Shown here: one piece after another, positions 36,635 through 47,633 of the stretch | How the letters are laid out: each line of letters starts with the position of its first letter | How positions within the stretch are numbered: the first letter of the stretch is position 1 | Origin: a virus | Lineage: Duplodnaviria > Caudoviricetes | IMG/VR virus record: IMGVR_UViG_3300023284_000199 | Coordinates: 1-63,323 of that record | Reading direction: 5' to 3' (one strand) | DNA length: 63,323 nt | Notes under the pieces: generated by a model | The model's input: only the letters and a program-made list of their open reading frames with translations | Database searches by the model: none | Told to the model about the DNA's origin: nothing | Program-made: the position numbers and the translations under genes

Positions 36635-39600
36635 TGTCTGATTTTCTTGGTTTTATAGCACAAATAGGAATTACTATAGGTCTAAATTTTCTAGGCGTGC
36701 CATTTGGTATCGCTGCACTTCTTGGTACTTTTGCCATGAATGCTCTAACTCCTGCTGCATCTGTAGAAGGACCAAGAAAAGACGATCTTGAAGTTCAAAA
36801 ATCTGAAGTGGGTGGAGACATACCTATTATTCACGGTAGATATCCATTAATGGGTCACATAGCTTGGGTTGAAAATGATGAAATTAAAGAAATAGCTATA
36901 AAATCAGGTGGAGATGATGTTGGTCCTTTTGGTATTTTTGGTAAAACGCCAGAAGTTACTGAGTTTAAATATACAGGTACTTATTTAACAGTGTTAGCTG
37001 AATCGCCTCAAGATGGAACCGGTTTAGGTGGATTTCATACTGTTTGGATGCAAAATAAACTAGTTTCAGATAAAAGTCCCGAAGCTGTTATTGATACTTC
37101 TTTTACCGGTTTGATAGTTTTAGCTTTACGTCTTAGCCTTGGTGAAGGTTTTCCAACTCCTAAACTAACTTTCTTAGATGGAAACAAAAATCAAAAAGCA
37201 CCACAAAGAATTATAGATGATAAAACTTCAGCTTTAACCCCTGGTTTTCAAGGTTATGGTTCATTATTAGTGGAAGATTGGCCTCTAGAAGATTACGGAA
37301 ACGTTATTCCAGCTACAGAAGTTGAAATTTTTGAAAAAGGTAACACTGCTTATCCATATAAAACAGCACCATTATTTAGAAATTTAGAATCTAGTGGTAA
37401 CAATGGGATATTTCAAAGAAAATTAAATTCTCTATCAATGACTTCAGGTTCAAGTGGCGGACAATATAATATTATGGACCCTGGAAGAATGATTCACACC
37501 CGATCAGGTGGCCCGGTAACTGACCCTGGCAATATATCAAATGCTGGTGGACTTAATATGGTTACTGATGTTTGGGTAGATGAATCTTTATTACAGCCTG
37601 ATATAGGGTATTACATGGGCACAGTTAATAACGCTGGTAGGCTTAACCAAATCGATTTAGATTCAGGAATTTTAGTAGGACAGTACGGGGCGGCTCAACT
37701 ATTTCCTGACGCTGGTGATTATGATGCTTTTATGCGTCCACGTTTAATGTCTTCTGATATTTTATTAGGATTTGGTATTCCGTTTCTTGGTGGTGGTGGA
37801 GAGCCTTTTGCATATCGTAAACAACTGCATATGGCTCACAATACATCTAAAATTATACTTGTTGACCCCGGTCCTATTCAGGCGATGGGTCTCATAGGTG
37901 AATATCATAAACTTGACATACCAACATCTACAGGTATTGAAGGAAATAATATAGACATTGCAGATAAAATCTTTCATAACAACGGGCATATGTATGTTTT
38001 ACATGTAGAAGGGGGCACTATTGTTATTAACAGTATATTTGCTCCTTTTGTAAACATATCATTTGAGGGTGTTCCTACATTGGGAAGCCCTATATCTGGT
38101 TTAACCATATTACCACAAGATAGTTTTGATATATCATCTAACTTTACTAATCCAAGTCAATACACTGCCGGGAGTTGTGCTATGACTTACTGGCCTGATA
38201 CTGATGAATTAATTATATTTTTAATAAATGGTAGTGATGTTGTAGCTTTGAAATGGGATACAAAAACTAATACAGTAACAGGTAAAGAAATAGGGGGCAC
38301 TTTTGCATCGGGGCTAACTATAACATCTGGTGGTCCTGCAACACACATTATTGAATCGGGAGTAGCTTTAGATGGTCAAATGATGTTTGAAGGACCGGGC
38401 ACTACTATCAATAGATTAGATGTTAGAAATTGGGAAATTGAATACGGAATAATGAATGGTGCAGATTTTACTGATGTGAGTACTTGGAATGCCACACAAA
38501 TGCAAAGTGTACAGTTTTGGTATTCCGAAGATGAATCATATGTTGGTGCTGCAACAGATAATCTAGAAAAGCTTTACTTATTCAGAAATGATACTAATAA
38601 AATTCCATTACCTGACGTTATAACTGATATAATGACTAGAGACAGTTTCATAACGGCGGCTGAATTAGATGTTAGTGACCCTGCGTTAGCTGCAACATCT
38701 GAGGACGTAGATGGGTATCCAGAATCTAGAACAGATAGTAAACGAAATAAAATAGGTAAACTGCTTATTGCTCATAGAGTCGATGTAGTTTTTGTTAATG
38801 GGAAAATTACTTTCTTAAAACGTGGTGGTGCTATAACTAGAACATTGTTTGAAAATGAATTAGGGGCGGGAGAAAATATTGGTGTTCCATTAACTGTGGT
38901 TGAAACACAAACAGATGCTACAGATTTATCAAATCATATGGATGTAACGTTTGTATCTCCTGTTAGAGAAGATGAATTTGCTACCAGAACTATGCACGAT
39001 AAAAGACATGATGACATAGTTATAGCTAGACATAGAGACACATTTGATACTCCTGAATTACTTACTGAAAACCAAGCTTCGGCATTAGCTTACTCATTAT
39101 TAACTGAAATATATTTGGCTGCACAAAGACTTGCGTTTCCTCTTATGCCTAAAAATTCAGATTTAGTTGCTACAGATAGACTGAATGTAACTATTAATAA
39201 CAAAGCTAGAACATGGAGAGTTTTAGAATCTGTATTAGGGGCCGGAACTCTTATAAATGAATTGGAATTGGCTAGAGATGATACTAGTATTTATGCCCCT
39301 GGTGTGTCTGGTATACCTTCTAATCTGACAAGACAAGCGCCTGATTTTAGTGGACCAACTGAAATTATTCTTTTAAATCTTCCTATGTTAACTCAAAATG
39401 ATAACTTAGGACCAATAATTAAAATAGCTTTAAATCCGAATTTACTGAACTTAGATAATTATCCTGGTGCTAGTGTTTGGTTAAGTGATGATGCAGGAAC
39501 AACGTGGGATCGTATATTAGATATAACCACAGCCCCACGAATAGGTCATGTAATAGATGGTTTCTTAGATGACTATCCTAGATGGTGGACTATGGATAGA

Positions 39601-40926
39601 ACAAGTACAGTTGAAGTATTTTGGGATTCAGGTGACGTACCAACATCTATAACAGAAGCACAATTGTTAGAAGGAAAGAACTTAGCTTCTATCGGTGAAG
39701 AAATTATTAATTTCCAAACTGTAGTTGATAATGGTGACGGTACATACGCACTAAGCAATTTCTTGAGAGGACGTTTTGGAACTAATGATTTAGTAGCAGG
39801 ACATAAACCCGGTGATAATGTAGTATTATTAGACAGTGGAGTACTATCTTCATTTTTATTCGAGTTACCTAATGTAGATGTACTCAGATATTATTCAGCA
39901 CAAACTTTAGGAAGCAATGTAACAAATACGGCGGTTACAACTTTCACGGGTACGGGCAGAAATATTACACCTATCTCTCCATATCATTTTCAAAGACTTC
40001 GTAATGCTACTACACAAGATTTAAATCTTACATGGCTTCGTCGTGATAGAGACTGTCAAACTTGGGACGCACAAGGATACACCGTGTTACCTAATTCTGA
40101 ATCTGCCGAGGCTTATGAAATAGATATATATGATCCTAATGATCTTACCGGAGTTACTGTGTTGCGAACAGTTACAGGATTGATTACTCCTGCGTATACT
40201 TATCTCCGTACAAACCAAATAACTGATGGTGGAAGCAGAAGAATTAAAGACTTATCACAGGTATTAACAATAACAAATGGTGGTGCTGAAGATGATACAG
40301 ATGGTACTTCTCCACCTTCAGGATGGACTCTACCTACAGGTGCATGGACTTCAGTTACAGATACTTCAGGTAGACCTGATCCTATTGAAGGTTCTTTGAT
40401 ATTTGAATCAGGTATAGGTACGACAATTAGTGATGTAATGGAACAAGAAGTAGATTTAGTTGCAGGAGGAATTTCAGGGGCGACAATTGATGCAGAAGAT
40501 GTTAATATGGCTATGTTCTTCTATTTAGATGGTCCTACTGGAAATTGGCAAGAACCTGATCCAGATAGATTTCAAGCTTCATTTAGATTTAAAGATGTAA
40601 GCAAGATAGAAATACAAACAGTGACCGGGCCTCTATTAAGACCTAGTGATCTAAATCCTGATACGTTTCCTGCCGGTCAAGGTGCGTGGTCTACAATGCT
40701 AGAAGATATAAATATACAGGTTGTAGCAGGAGTACCAGTTAATACAAGATTTGTAGATATAATATTCACTAGAATTCCTAATGGTGGAAACAATAGATTA
40801 TATGTTGATAATGTGAGATTGTTTTGGGAATTGCCTGCAACTGCATCAAGGTTATCGGCAGACATATATCAAATTAGTGGAGTAACGCAAATTGATAGAG
40901 GAATACCTTTACGGGTAACATTTTAA
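36634..40926 (+). CDS. tail tip / central fibre protein (GTA megatron-like)
   Basis: 1430 aa; EGPR.DDL.VQ.S..G..IPI.HGR; EDWPLEDYGN.IP; EEII.F....D...Y.LS..LRGR.GT; LTW.RR.R. Confidence 0.88.
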   Translation: MSDFLGFIAQIGITIGLNFLGVPFGIAALLGTFAMNALTPAASVEGPRKDDLEVQKSEVGGDIPIIHGRYPLMGHIAWVENDEIKEIAIKSGGDDVGPFGIFGKTPEVTEFKYTGTYLTVLAESPQDGTGLGGFHTVWMQNKLVSDKSPEAVIDTSFTGLIVLALRLSLGEGFPTPKLTFLDGNKNQKAPQRIIDDKTSALTPGFQGYGSLLVEDWPLEDYGNVIPATEVEIFEKGNTAYPYKTAPLFRNLESSGNNGIFQRKLNSLSMTSGSSGGQYNIMDPGRMIHTRSGGPVTDPGNISNAGGLNMVTDVWVDESLLQPDIGYYMGTVNNAGRLNQIDLDSGILVGQYGAAQLFPDAGDYDAFMRPRLMSSDILLGFGIPFLGGGGEPFAYRKQLHMAHNTSKIILVDPGPIQAMGLIGEYHKLDIPTSTGIEGNNIDIADKIFHNNGHMYVLHVEGGTIVINSIFAPFVNISFEGVPTLGSPISGLTILPQDSFDISSNFTNPSQYTAGSCAMTYWPDTDELIIFLINGSDVVALKWDTKTNTVTGKEIGGTFASGLTITSGGPATHIIESGVALDGQMMFEGPGTTINRLDVRNWEIEYGIMNGADFTDVSTWNATQMQSVQFWYSEDESYVGAATDNLEKLYLFRNDTNKIPLPDVITDIMTRDSFITAAELDVSDPALAATSEDVDGYPESRTDSKRNKIGKLLIAHRVDVVFVNGKITFLKRGGAITRTLFENELGAGENIGVPLTVVETQTDATDLSNHMDVTFVSPVREDEFATRTMHDKRHDDIVIARHRDTFDTPELLTENQASALAYSLLTEIYLAAQRLAFPLMPKNSDLVATDRLNVTINNKARTWRVLESVLGAGTLINELELARDDTSIYAPGVSGIPSNLTRQAPDFSGPTEIILLNLPMLTQNDNLGPIIKIALNPNLLNLDNYPGASVWLSDDAGTTWDRILDITTAPRIGHVIDGFLDDYPRWWTMDRTSTVEVFWDSGDVPTSITEAQLLEGKNLASIGEEIINFQTVVDNGDGTYALSNFLRGRFGTNDLVAGHKPGDNVVLLDSGVLSSFLFELPNVDVLRYYSAQTLGSNVTNTAVTTFTGTGRNITPISPYHFQRLRNATTQDLNLTWLRRDRDCQTWDAQGYTVLPNSESAEAYEIDIYDPNDLTGVTVLRTVTGLITPAYTYLRTNQITDGGSRRIKDLSQVLTITNGGAEDDTDGTSPPSGWTLPTGAWTSVTDTSGRPDPIEGSLIFESGIGTTISDVMEQEVDLVAGGISGATIDAEDVNMAMFFYLDGPTGNWQEPDPDRFQASFRFKDVSKIEIQTVTGPLLRPSDLNPDTFPAGQGAWSTMLEDINIQVVAGVPVNTRFVDIIFTRIPNGGNNRLYVDNVRLFWELPATASRLSADIYQISGVTQIDRGIPLRVTF

Positions 40927-40935
40927 GGAAACGAT

Positions 40936-43869
40936 ATGACTTCAATCCATTCAAAATATGCAAGCTTTGAAACAATCGGTGATACAACTGCTATTGACGA
41001 TGCTACAGACCAAGAAGACAAAAATACTAACAGGTCCGTCACCGTTAATTTAGATGATGCTAATCAAAGTCTTATCACTCTCACTGATCCTGATGATGGA
41101 TTTGAATTAGCTTTTAGAGCTAGAGTGTTTGTACTTGCGAACGGTACAGGGCCTCTTACAGCCGATAGAACGCTCACCTTACCGTCTGCCCAACAGGTGT
41201 ATGAATTTGTCAGTACATGGACATCTACGGGCGGTCCCTGGTCAGTTATATTGGATGCCGGGGGTACTACTTACACTATACCACAAGGACAAAAAGTAAG
41301 TGTCTATGTGGATGGTTCTAATAATGTTAATAAAGGTACAGGAAATCAAATCACTATTGAAAAAGATAACGTGGTTGTGTCACGAGATGTAGAAACTATA
41401 GATTTTACAGGTTCGGCTATTGTTGGAGTTACGGACCAAGGCAGCGGGGAAACTGAAGTTGAGATTGGTGCCGGTGGTGCTGCTAGTTCTGTATCTTTTA
41501 ATAACGAGCCATCTGCGATAGTGGGTACAGACGTTCAAGCTGCTCTTGATGAAGCAGATGCACTCCTTGATGGTTCTCTCGGCGGTGACATGGTTCCTAT
41601 TCCTATTGTTCAACCTACGGGATTACCAGCAGCGGGACCATTCACTTTAGATTACGGTTTCAATGATGAATATTCAAAAATTGTTATAGTTGGTAATGGA
41701 CAAGTCGATACTGATGATGCTTTCTTAGATATAGAAATGTTTGATGGAACTAATTGGACGGATGCCGTTATAGACTATGCAAATACTGCAAGAGATAAAG
41801 ATAACAACAATGACGATAACGAGGCAACAGGCGGCGCAGACTTACCTTTGAGTAGGGCAGGAATAGATACTACAGCCGCTACAGGTAATCAAAACTTTGT
41901 CATGACTATATTCAATCCTACTGATCCGACCAATTGGAAATATGGTCACGTAATAAGTTCTCGTGATGATGGTGATGGCGCACAAGAACATGATAGACGT
42001 TGGTTTGTGTGGAAAGATACACTTAGATTACAAGGAATTCGTTTCGGAATTAGTTCTGGCAACCTAGATGCTCTTGAATTTCACGCTTACGGAGTTAAAA
42101 AATCTCAAGCTATGAGGTTTCCTGGATTTGAAAAAATTGGTGAAGTAGTAGAAACAGCAGGAGCAATTGAGCTAGTTGTAGATTCATCTATTTGTGATTT
42201 AACTAATCCTGACTTCGTGGCTATTATATGTGTAGCAGAACTAGAAACCGACACAGCGAACACCACTATTTTCCACCAAGGTAGTGACGACGACGGTGTA
42301 GGTTGGTTGAATAGTGACTTCGCTAGACAGGGAAGAATATCTTCTGGAACTGCTATTGATGCTCAAGGAAATGCTACTGCTACCCCATATGTAACAGGTG
42401 ATGTGGCAGGAGAAGAACTGGATGAAACAGCGGGGCATAAATTTCATCATGAAGTCATGTGGTTAAACTTAGCTCGTGACGATTTCTATAAATATAGCAT
42501 GGACCTAAGTGTTTGGGGAGACGTTATGGGAACTATGGGCGGTCAAGTTATTGAAGACCTTGATCCTATTGACGCTCTAAGATGGAAAACCCTTACAGCT
42601 TCAGCTATGCTTACAGGACGTGTAGATGTTTATGCTCTTAGAAAAGGAGGTAGCCTTTCTCACGGAGTTGTAGATGTTATCGACTTTACAGAACTAACAG
42701 GTGCCGATGACGACAACATAACAGTAATGAACAGTAAGACTCAATCAGATGATTACTCGGCTATTTGGTGCATAGGTTTTGTGCAACCTGAAGTCACTAA
42801 TAAAACTGTTGAACTTGAAACCACAGATGATATTGGAGTTTCATGGGAAGAAGCTTTATGGGATAGATCAAGACGTGGTTTAGATAGTGGAGGCACAGAT
42901 CAAGGTGGAGGAAACGGCAGTCAAACGGGATATGCAACATCCTTTGGCGTTAGGAATACTTCTGGTGAAGGTGCAGTTTTCTCAGCTATGTTTCCTGATC
43001 ATAGAAATACTAGTACATTTAGATCATCTATATCTCAAACCTCTTTTACTATGGATACCGATGGTGATTTACAAACTCATTCAGGTGGAGGGCAAAGACA
43101 AGCATCTGATGCTCTTGATGGTTTTAGATTAAGACTTACTGATGCTACTGATTTTATAGGTTACATGATCACGTTAGGTATTCGTAAAACTACAACAGGA
43201 TTACCAGCTATCGTTAACCAAAAACCTATTACTCATGCTGATGAAGCACCTATAGACAGAACAGGTACTAATCTAGGTGATACCGCAACTACAGTACAGA
43301 CAGCTATTGTGGAGTTAGATAATCGCGGAGATTTCCTATTAGAGGAACAAAACCCTACTACTGGACAGAATGTCACGTTAAGTGTCGGGTTAGATCATAC
43401 AGACATTGATGAATTTGTTATATCTTTGGATTGGGAATTAGATGCCGATGATGACCTTATACTTGAAGTAGATTCAGGCGGCTTCCAAGCAACTAATTAT
43501 GAATACAGTGTAGAGTCTAAAGAAACTCAGTCTAACACACTAGACATAGACGATACGAACGGGGGTACTGCTACAGCTATACAGCTTACATCCACAACAG
43601 CTAATTGGGAAGTTGATTCAGCATCTACCGGTGGAGTACGTATTAAAGAACTACGTTTTCCTAACATGGCAGAAACAGCACAACATAAACATTTTGAATG
43701 GACTGCTATTTATTCTAAGGGAGATGATGGTGCCCCGGTTAGAGCAGAAGGTGTAGGTACTTGGGTAGGTGGAGCCGGTGCTATTACTCAAATTAGAATT
43801 GGTGCTGCTGGTGGTGCTACCAACATTTCAGGTAACATCAAACTTAAAGGAAAGGCTAAAGGAATTTAA
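40936..43869 (+). CDS. tail fibre / receptor-binding protein 1
   Basis: 977 aa; LTADRTLTLP N-terminal adaptor; VQAALDE motifs; four domains ending (G/A/Q)(I/L/F)R...K. Confidence 0.75.
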   Translation: MTSIHSKYASFETIGDTTAIDDATDQEDKNTNRSVTVNLDDANQSLITLTDPDDGFELAFRARVFVLANGTGPLTADRTLTLPSAQQVYEFVSTWTSTGGPWSVILDAGGTTYTIPQGQKVSVYVDGSNNVNKGTGNQITIEKDNVVVSRDVETIDFTGSAIVGVTDQGSGETEVEIGAGGAASSVSFNNEPSAIVGTDVQAALDEADALLDGSLGGDMVPIPIVQPTGLPAAGPFTLDYGFNDEYSKIVIVGNGQVDTDDAFLDIEMFDGTNWTDAVIDYANTARDKDNNNDDNEATGGADLPLSRAGIDTTAATGNQNFVMTIFNPTDPTNWKYGHVISSRDDGDGAQEHDRRWFVWKDTLRLQGIRFGISSGNLDALEFHAYGVKKSQAMRFPGFEKIGEVVETAGAIELVVDSSICDLTNPDFVAIICVAELETDTANTTIFHQGSDDDGVGWLNSDFARQGRISSGTAIDAQGNATATPYVTGDVAGEELDETAGHKFHHEVMWLNLARDDFYKYSMDLSVWGDVMGTMGGQVIEDLDPIDALRWKTLTASAMLTGRVDVYALRKGGSLSHGVVDVIDFTELTGADDDNITVMNSKTQSDDYSAIWCIGFVQPEVTNKTVELETTDDIGVSWEEALWDRSRRGLDSGGTDQGGGNGSQTGYATSFGVRNTSGEGAVFSAMFPDHRNTSTFRSSISQTSFTMDTDGDLQTHSGGGQRQASDALDGFRLRLTDATDFIGYMITLGIRKTTTGLPAIVNQKPITHADEAPIDRTGTNLGDTATTVQTAIVELDNRGDFLLEEQNPTTGQNVTLSVGLDHTDIDEFVISLDWELDADDDLILEVDSGGFQATNYEYSVESKETQSNTLDIDDTNGGTATAIQLTSTTANWEVDSASTGGVRIKELRFPNMAETAQHKHFEWTAIYSKGDDGAPVRAEGVGTWVGGAGAITQIRIGAAGGATNISGNIKLKGKAKGI

Positions 43870-46346
43870 TGCCAACAAGTCCACATGCAGATATAGAACA
43901 CGTAGCTGTAGAACCGAATAAAAATCCTGATATTGATCATAACAGAATGCAGGATTCTTCGGATGCGTATTCTAATGCATCTATGCAATTAGATTTGGAT
44001 GATACAAGTCAAAACATAACTGCTGCTCCTTTAAGTGATATTGATGGTAAGCTAGAATTTCGTAGAGTTAGAGTACTAGTTCTAAATGATGGTACTGGTT
44101 CTGTAACCGGACCATTAACTGTTACTGTTCCTACGGGTGAAAAAGTTTTTTGGGTAGATTGTAAATTCACTAATCCGGGTTCAGATGATGCCGTAACCAT
44201 TACTGCCGGGGGTACAACTGTTCTGGTATATGCCGGTCAACAAGTTAAATTGCGAATTAATGGAGCATCACAAGATGATATCACAGACATAACGGGTACA
44301 TTTACAATTAAGAAAGATAATATTGTAGTAGCGGAAGATGTTAGAACCCTAGACATAACTGGTGCTGCTGTAACGTCTGTTGTACTTGATGGTACTAATC
44401 CTAAAGAAGTTGACATTACAATAGCCGGAGCTACCGCTGGTGCTACTACATACGACAATGAACAAGCAGGTTTCGATGCTACCAATGTTCAAGATGCTAT
44501 AGATTATCAAGATGCTTTAAATCGTGGGTCTATAGCCCCGTTCATGGAAGTAGTACAACATCAAGAATTTAATTCACTACGGGTTGACCCTATAGAAACG
44601 GCATGGCCTCAAGATGATTTCTTAGAAGTATTACACTTTTTTTATGGTGATCCCGAGGATGATACTTTTGAAATGTTAATGGATTTTTGGAATGGTTCTG
44701 TTTGGGACGCTGCTATAGTGGACTATTGGCGTAATCATGCCAGTCATAATTCTACAGGCGGAAGTGATTCAGGTGGAGAAGCTTTAACAACAGTTAGATT
44801 TGTATCTACCGGACAATATGATGGATTGGCAAATAGACCAGTATCTTTAATGTTTCGAGGGCATCATCCAGGGGAAGCAAAACACCCATTTATGAGATGG
44901 ACAGGAGGCTTGGCCTTTAATGGGGGTGACCTATCCACCATGTTAAATGGTTTTTCCGCTATCAGAGCTTCAGGGCAAGATGTTACTAAAATACGTTTCC
45001 GACCAGAGAACAGTTTTGGTTTAAACACAGCACAAATAACTTCATTAGCAGTTCACGGTAGAAAACCTGATCAAGGTCAATATTCTTGGCCTTGGGTATG
45101 GGTAGATGATTTTGAATTACCACGTAATGAATCAGCGCCGGGAGTTTTCGATCATGAATATATCAATGAGGCTCTACGTGATCCGGCTTACAAGCTAGTG
45201 AGAATTGAAATAGAAGTAGAAAGTATTGGGAATGAAAACCCATTTGCTATGGATATTACACATGATGGTGGTAGTACTTGGAACGGTGCTATTTGGAGAG
45301 TCGCAGGAGATGCACGAAACACCGCGCCCGGTGGAGCTAACTTCCCTGCTAAAAATGATGTTACCAACATGCAACCAATGTTTACTTCTAGTGGTGAACA
45401 CGGGGTTGGTTCGGGTGCGATAGGTGATCCTTTGGTAAGAGGTTATTCTGCTACGATTTATTGTCATGACTTCGGTGCGACAGGATTTTGGCCTGGGATT
45501 ATGGGGCAAGAAGCTTTCAATAACTATTGGCAATCTGCATCTATACGTTCTCAAGCTATTGAATCATACGGAGCGCACGCTAGGGACACTACTTTTGCTG
45601 ATGAAGGAGTCAACGGTCTAAGATTTAGAGAAACAGAAGCAAAAGACTTCTCCTATTTACGTGTACGTATATGGGCACTACCTCACGCAGCTTTAGACGT
45701 ACCTGAAGGATATACTAGCGGCGCTTACACTTTTATAGGACACCAAGAATTTACAAATGTCGCACCAAATACAGTAGAATTTCTTCAACCTGAATTGGAG
45801 AATGATGAATTTATAGCATGGCATGGTTTCTTCTTAGGCCGACCTGTTACTGATAACCAAGATGATATCAGGTGTCATTTAACGGGAGACGGGGGGTCAA
45901 CATGGACTCATGGAACAGACGATATGCGTAATCATGGTCATGGGGATCGTTCTGATTCTGGCGGACAAGACTTTCGTAATGATGAATTATGGGGTTATAT
46001 AGCCCCTAATGCCCGTTCAAATCTAGGAAATACCCTATCAGAATTCTTCGTGCTTAATCCACGTCAGCAAGTGGTGAATGGAATGCCTTGTATAGTTCAT
46101 TACAGTGAAGGACCATTAGCCGAAGCGGGTGCGCAACCAGGAGAGGAATTTGCTGGAAAGGGAGTTACAAGATTTGAGAAATTTAGTAATTTCCCCCTTA
46201 ATGGTTTTAGGTTGGAAACTGGTACAGGTAATATTACAGGTGAGTTGTGGATGTTCGGTATTCGTCGCTCTAACGGTGAAGCCAAACCTTTAACTCACGC
46301 TAAGGAAATGCCTATAGATTTAACGGGAACAGATATCAATGTCTAG
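43869..46346 (+). CDS. tail fibre / receptor-binding protein 2, N-terminal part
   Basis: 825 aa; same architecture as fibre 1 (TI.KDN.VV..DV.T.D.TG; ATNVQDAID; KP.THA.E.PID.TGT). Confidence 0.75.
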   Translation: MPTSPHADIEHVAVEPNKNPDIDHNRMQDSSDAYSNASMQLDLDDTSQNITAAPLSDIDGKLEFRRVRVLVLNDGTGSVTGPLTVTVPTGEKVFWVDCKFTNPGSDDAVTITAGGTTVLVYAGQQVKLRINGASQDDITDITGTFTIKKDNIVVAEDVRTLDITGAAVTSVVLDGTNPKEVDITIAGATAGATTYDNEQAGFDATNVQDAIDYQDALNRGSIAPFMEVVQHQEFNSLRVDPIETAWPQDDFLEVLHFFYGDPEDDTFEMLMDFWNGSVWDAAIVDYWRNHASHNSTGGSDSGGEALTTVRFVSTGQYDGLANRPVSLMFRGHHPGEAKHPFMRWTGGLAFNGGDLSTMLNGFSAIRASGQDVTKIRFRPENSFGLNTAQITSLAVHGRKPDQGQYSWPWVWVDDFELPRNESAPGVFDHEYINEALRDPAYKLVRIEIEVESIGNENPFAMDITHDGGSTWNGAIWRVAGDARNTAPGGANFPAKNDVTNMQPMFTSSGEHGVGSGAIGDPLVRGYSATIYCHDFGATGFWPGIMGQEAFNNYWQSASIRSQAIESYGAHARDTTFADEGVNGLRFRETEAKDFSYLRVRIWALPHAALDVPEGYTSGAYTFIGHQEFTNVAPNTVEFLQPELENDEFIAWHGFFLGRPVTDNQDDIRCHLTGDGGSTWTHGTDDMRNHGHGDRSDSGGQDFRNDELWGYIAPNARSNLGNTLSEFFVLNPRQQVVNGMPCIVHYSEGPLAEAGAQPGEEFAGKGVTRFEKFSNFPLNGFRLETGTGNITGELWMFGIRRSNGEAKPLTHAKEMPIDLTGTDINV

Positions 46347-46902
46347 TGTACAGATTTCTCTAACAAATTTAGATTCACGATATCCTTATCGGTATGTCGA
46401 ATCAATATTATCGGCAGCTTCTAATGTTGTTTTCACGGACTTGATTGCCGGAAATATTAGGATAGAAATATCTGATATAACTATTAGTGCCGATAATGAT
46501 CTAACGTTAGAAGTATCATCAGATAATGGCGTGGGATATAAATCTACGCTTCATGAATACAGTGTTATTTCAAAAGAAACTCAATCAAATACTCGTGATA
46601 TAGATGATACAAACGCTGGAACAGCCGCACTTATACAGCTTACTTCCACAACTGCAAATTGGGAATTGGATGCAGCAGCTACAGGTTCAGCTTGGATTAC
46701 GCTTGAAGTAAATAACTTAGATAGTTCTGCCAGATATAAAAACTTTGATTGGAAAGGTAGGTATTCTAAAGGTGATGATGCCGCCCCGGTTAAAGTTAGC
46801 GGTCATGCTGCATGGATCGGTACAGATGTATTAAATGCTTTACGAATAGGGCCTCCGTCTGGTACAATAACCGGAATAGTTAGAATTTTCATTGATCCGT
46901 AG
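46339..46902 (+). CDS. C-terminal domain of fibre 2, split off into the +1 frame
   Basis: SKETQSNTRDIDDTNAGTAALIQLTSTTANWE and YSKGDD.APV nearly identical to the fibre 1 C-terminus. Confidence 0.75.
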   Translation: MSSVQISLTNLDSRYPYRYVESILSAASNVVFTDLIAGNIRIEISDITISADNDLTLEVSSDNGVGYKSTLHEYSVISKETQSNTRDIDDTNAGTAALIQLTSTTANWELDAAATGSAWITLEVNNLDSSARYKNFDWKGRYSKGDDAAPVKVSGHAAWIGTDVLNALRIGPPSGTITGIVRIFIDP

Positions 46903-46913
46903 GAGGGTTTGTT

Positions 46914-47318
46914 ATGAGAGATGTTTTAGATAATTTTCTAACCGCGTGGGCTATTATACTTAGTGTATCGGGTTTACTTATATGGGGCAGCTTACCTACA
47001 CAAGTTGTTGCTCATGCGGGACACGGTAGTTCTACTATACAATTTTGCCCTTCACTAGAAGAAGTTTCAAAAAATTTGAAAGATAACTACAATGAAACCT
47101 TAAAGTTTGAACTTTGGAATAAAGATATACCGGAACGAGGCAAATTGTATGTATTTTTCAGTGAAAGATATGGCACTTCTACTCTTGCAACGGAACAAAT
47201 ACCCGGTCAAGTATGCATTACTGGTGCTGGAAAAGGTTACGCAGAATATATAAATGGTGAAAAGGTGGTTCATCCTTACATTAATAAAGATGAAGAAAAA
47301 GAGGCTAATGTACAGTGA
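46914..47318 (+). CDS. hypothetical exported/membrane protein
   Basis: N-terminal hydrophobic helix, two Cys; GGGAGG SD. Confidence 0.65.
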   Translation: MRDVLDNFLTAWAIILSVSGLLIWGSLPTQVVAHAGHGSSTIQFCPSLEEVSKNLKDNYNETLKFELWNKDIPERGKLYVFFSERYGTSTLATEQIPGQVCITGAGKGYAEYINGEKVVHPYINKDEEKEANVQ

Positions 47319-47632
47319 ACCATGAACATAGGGTATTAATAGAAGAGACAGCGGAATGTGCATCTAAAAAGGTATTGAAAGATACACTTACTGCTTTAGG
47401 TATAGATGCTTCAGAACCTTTTCAAGTTCAAAAAGATATGGCGGCATTGAGGGAATTGAGAGTATTACTAGAAGACCCTGAAATCCAAAAAGACCTGATG
47501 CATCTTCGTAAATGGCGAGTTAATATGGAAACTGTACAAAGCAGAGGATTGACAAAAGCGGTAGGGTTACTTATACTTGGAGCATTAGTAGCTATAGGCT
47601 ACGGAATTAAAATGCAATTCTTTGGAGGATGA
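47315..47632 (+). CDS. holin-like membrane protein
   Basis: C-terminal TM segment; immediately upstream of the endolysin. Confidence 0.5.
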   Translation: MNHEHRVLIEETAECASKKVLKDTLTALGIDASEPFQVQKDMAALRELRVLLEDPEIQKDLMHLRKWRVNMETVQSRGLTKAVGLLILGALVAIGYGIKMQFFGG

Positions 47633-47633
47633 T

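Noticed and set aside
43219-46902. Fibre C-terminal duplication as a DGR template/variable repeat or shufflon
   Set aside because: No reverse transcriptase or invertase is present; differences are not adenine-specific
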